Origin: Epithemia pelagica
Lineage: Eukaryota; Protista; Bacillariophyta
Assembly: GCA_946965045.2 (NCBI GenBank)
Contig: OX337230.1
Span: forward strand, 3,720,001 to 3,784,000
Direction: 5' to 3'
Length of the DNA stretch: 64,000 bases
The position numbers and the translations under genes were made by a program. The notes beneath the pieces were generated by a model that saw nothing but the letters and a program-made list of their open reading frames with translations, did not search any database and was not told the DNA's origin. Positions 61,562-64,000 of the stretch are shown here, piece by piece (position 1 is the stretch's first letter; each line of letters begins with the position of its first letter).

Positions 61562-62990
61562 ACACCAAGTTGGTGCACCCTCTTCGTTCACCCCTCCATC
61601 TCCATCGACCAAGACCCTGTTGGATTGCTGTGTTGCTACCCCTTCTCAATTGGAACAAGGGCCGAGACACCAAGTTGGTGCACCCATTTCCTTCACCCCT
61701 CCATTTCCATCGACCAAGACCCTGTTGGATTGCTGTGTTGCTACTCCTTCTCGATTGGAACAAAGGCCGAGACACCAAGTTGGTGCACCCATTTCCTTCA
61801 CCCCTCCATTTCCATCAACCAAGACCCTGTTGGATTGCTGTGTTGCTACTCATTCCCGATTGGAACAAGGGCTGAGACACCAAGTTGGTGCACCCTCTTC
61901 CTTCACCCCTCCATCTCCATCGACCAAGACCCTGTTGGATTGCTGTGTTGCTACTCCTTCTCAATTGGAACAAGGGCCGAGACACCAAGTTGGTGCACCC
62001 ATTTCCCTCACCCCTCCATTTCCATCAACCAAGACCCTGTTGGATTGCTGTGTTGCTACTCCTTCCCGATTGGAACAAGGGCTGAGACACCAAGTTGGTG
62101 CACCCATTTCCTTCACCCCTCCATTTCCATTGACCAAGACCCCGTTGGATTGCTGTGTTGCTACTCCTTCTTGATTGGAACAAGGGCTGAGACACCAAGT
62201 TGGTGCACCCATTTCCTTCACCCCTCCATTTCCATCGACCAAGACCCCGTTGGATTGCTGATTTGCTACTCCTTCCCGATTGGAACAAGGGCTGAGACAC
62301 CAAGTTGGTGCACCCATTTCCTTCACCCCTCCATCTCCATCGACCAAGACCGTGTTGGATTGCCGTGTTGCTACTCCTTCCCGATTGGAACAAGGGCCGA
62401 GACACCAAGTTGGTGCACCCATTTCCTTCACCCCTCCATCTCCATCGACCAAGACCGTGTTGGATTGCCGTGTTGCTACTCCTTCCCGATTGGAATAAGG
62501 GCCGAGACACCAAGTTGGTGCACCCATTTCCTTCACCCCTCCATCTCCATCGACCAAGACCCTGTTGGATTGCTGTGTTGCTACTCCTTCTCGATTGGAA
62601 CAAGGATCAAGACACCAAGTTGGTGCACCCAATTTTCACTCCTCCATCACCATCGACCAAGACCTTGTTGGATTGCTGTGTTGCTACTCCTTCCCGATTG
62701 GAATAAGGGCCGAGACACCAAGTTGGTGCACCCCTCTCCATCCCTCCTTCATCTACATCGACCAAGAAGACCCCATTGGATTGCTATATCTTGATTGGTG
62801 GTTCTGTTGAAGGTCCGAGACACCAAGTTGTTGCGCCCCCATACTTCTATCTTCTATCTCTATCGACCAAGACCCTATTGGATTGTTGTATTTGCTACTG
62901 ATTCTTGACTGGAAGGACCGAGACATCAAGTTGGTACACCCATATCCCTCACTCCTCCATCCCTATCGACCAAGACCCTCCAGGGTTTCC
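61561..62990. repeat. 105-bp tandem satellite/minisatellite, ~14 units
   Basis: GACACCAAGTTGGTGCACCC every 105 bp from 61561 to 62611, then diverging units at 62714, 62819 and 62922. Confidence 0.95.
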
Positions 62991-63095
62991 ATCACGCAAG
63001 CTTGAGAAACGGTAGTATCAAGTTGCATCGGAACCCTGCATCGAAAGAAAATTTCTCCTCGTTCCTTCCCCAAGCTGATTGAATCGCACGTTAAT

Positions 63096-64000
63096 ATGGC
63101 TGATTCGGTAGAAGATTCCGATCGATATTTCCCAGACTTGATATGTTATGAATATACAATCGAGTGGTATCGTTCTGTTTATTCCAACACTGATAATTGG
63201 ACAGATTTCTCCACTACATATGGAGGTGAAACCATATTCGTATCCCTCTTGCGCTGTGGATCAAGTATTTTCAGTGATATCGCCTCGCATGCTGCTGTTT
63301 GTTTCCCGAAGATACTGAGACTTGTAGAGACGATCGAAGAACAACAAGAGGGAAACAAGAGTGACGGAGCTGGTAGTTTTATTTCACCAGGAATCGACCT
63401 ATTCGAACAAACTCTATATGGAGACGCACTTCGTCTGTGGGACAAGGAATTCCCGTCAACGACAAGATCAAAGTCGAGCGCAAGCTTTACTCGATCCCTC
63501 AAGGTGTTTCTTGGAGCCCATCCTATGCTCGCTGATATTGTCCTCAACTCGTATTCGATGGAGAGACGGCTTAATGTCGTGGCTGCAAAAATATTGGACT
63601 ACATGACATCTGATAGATCGAAGTTTCGGAAAGACAGAACAATAGCAGTCCGAGAAATGGTTTGGAGCGTTCAACATATGGCAGCTGTCTATCGGGTATT
63701 GGAATCTGACTCCTATGAAATGGAAGGAGTCGATGTTGAAAAAGCATTAGCCCTTACACTTCCTGATTGCTGGTTTCGTCCTTATTTTGACATACCAAGA
63801 GCTGCTAAGTATCCCGCGAACGACTATTCCAATTTGGCGGTTCTAATTTCATATTACCAGACGATGGAACGGGAATACGCTACAAAGACGAAGGAGTATC
63901 AGAAGGGGCGACATGAACAACGATCTCAAGACAGGAAACGCCGTAAACGAGCGTCAGACAGTAGATGTGATGGTGCAACAAGTTCTACCATTTTCACTGT
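63096..64000 (+). CDS. Open ORF running off the window (>301 aa), retroelement gag/capsid-like
   Basis: Hand translation from ATG 63096 has no stop to the window end, so it is absent from the ORF track. LFEQTLYGDALRLW, DYM..FRKDRTIAVREMV, LTLPDCW and LISYYQTME resemble gypsy-type gag helices (pattern recognition only). Confidence 0.55.
   Translation, partial: MADSVEDSDRYFPDLICYEYTIEWYRSVYSNTDNWTDFSTTYGGETIFVSLLRCGSSIFSDIASHAAVCFPKILRLVETIEEQQEGNKSDGAGSFISPGIDLFEQTLYGDALRLWDKEFPSTTRSKSSASFTRSLKVFLGAHPMLADIVLNSYSMERRLNVVAAKILDYMTSDRSKFRKDRTIAVREMVWSVQHMAAVYRVLESDSYEMEGVDVEKALALTLPDCWFRPYFDIPRAAKYPANDYSNLAVLISYYQTMEREYATKTKEYQKGRHEQRSQDRKRRKRASDSRCDGATSSTIFT

Noticed and set aside
61561-62990. 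CRISPR-like array with a palindromic repeat
   Set aside because: Sequence between the palindromic cores is itself nearly identical from unit to unit, so there are no unique spacers. No cas genes are present and the context is eukaryotic.

Overview
Eukaryotic nuclear DNA, most likely from a diatom. The evidence is short GT-AG introns, a bipartite signal-peptide + AF plastid-targeting motif, CAA-rich low-complexity coding sequence and a CoDi-type copia element. Host genes: CXIP4-like (+), a diatom hypothetical protein (-), an inositol polyphosphate kinase with an N-terminal hydrophobic anchor (+), NSE3/MAGE (-), a secreted Cys-motif protein (-) with a decayed paralog 25 kb away, a METTL21-type methyltransferase (-), an ABCC transporter (-) head-to-head with a plastid APS reductase (+), an LCM-methyltransferase/GNAT fusion (-) head-to-head with DDX11/Chl1 (+), an HSF (-), and a split secreted protein (+). 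The centre (15388-31375) is a young tandem dimer of a Ty1/copia retrotransposon: three LTRs, two intact gag-pol ORFs and one 5-bp TSD (TCCAG), inserted in a host ORF that can be rebuilt in frame. The element has three notable features: an extra 259-aa ORF upstream of gag-pol, a chromodomain-like module after the integrase, and a primer-binding site matching the anticodon arm of tRNA-Asn in the same register as half-tRNA priming in Drosophila copia. Also present: a ~1.43-kb pure (GTT)n array at the 3' end of an aldo-keto reductase remnant, a shuffled P-loop-NTPase-derived repeat family at three loci, a diverged CoDi-type LTR, 171-, 368- and 105-bp tandem repeats, and an unlisted gag-like ORF running off the right edge. 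All calls come from reading the sequence by eye; no searches were run.
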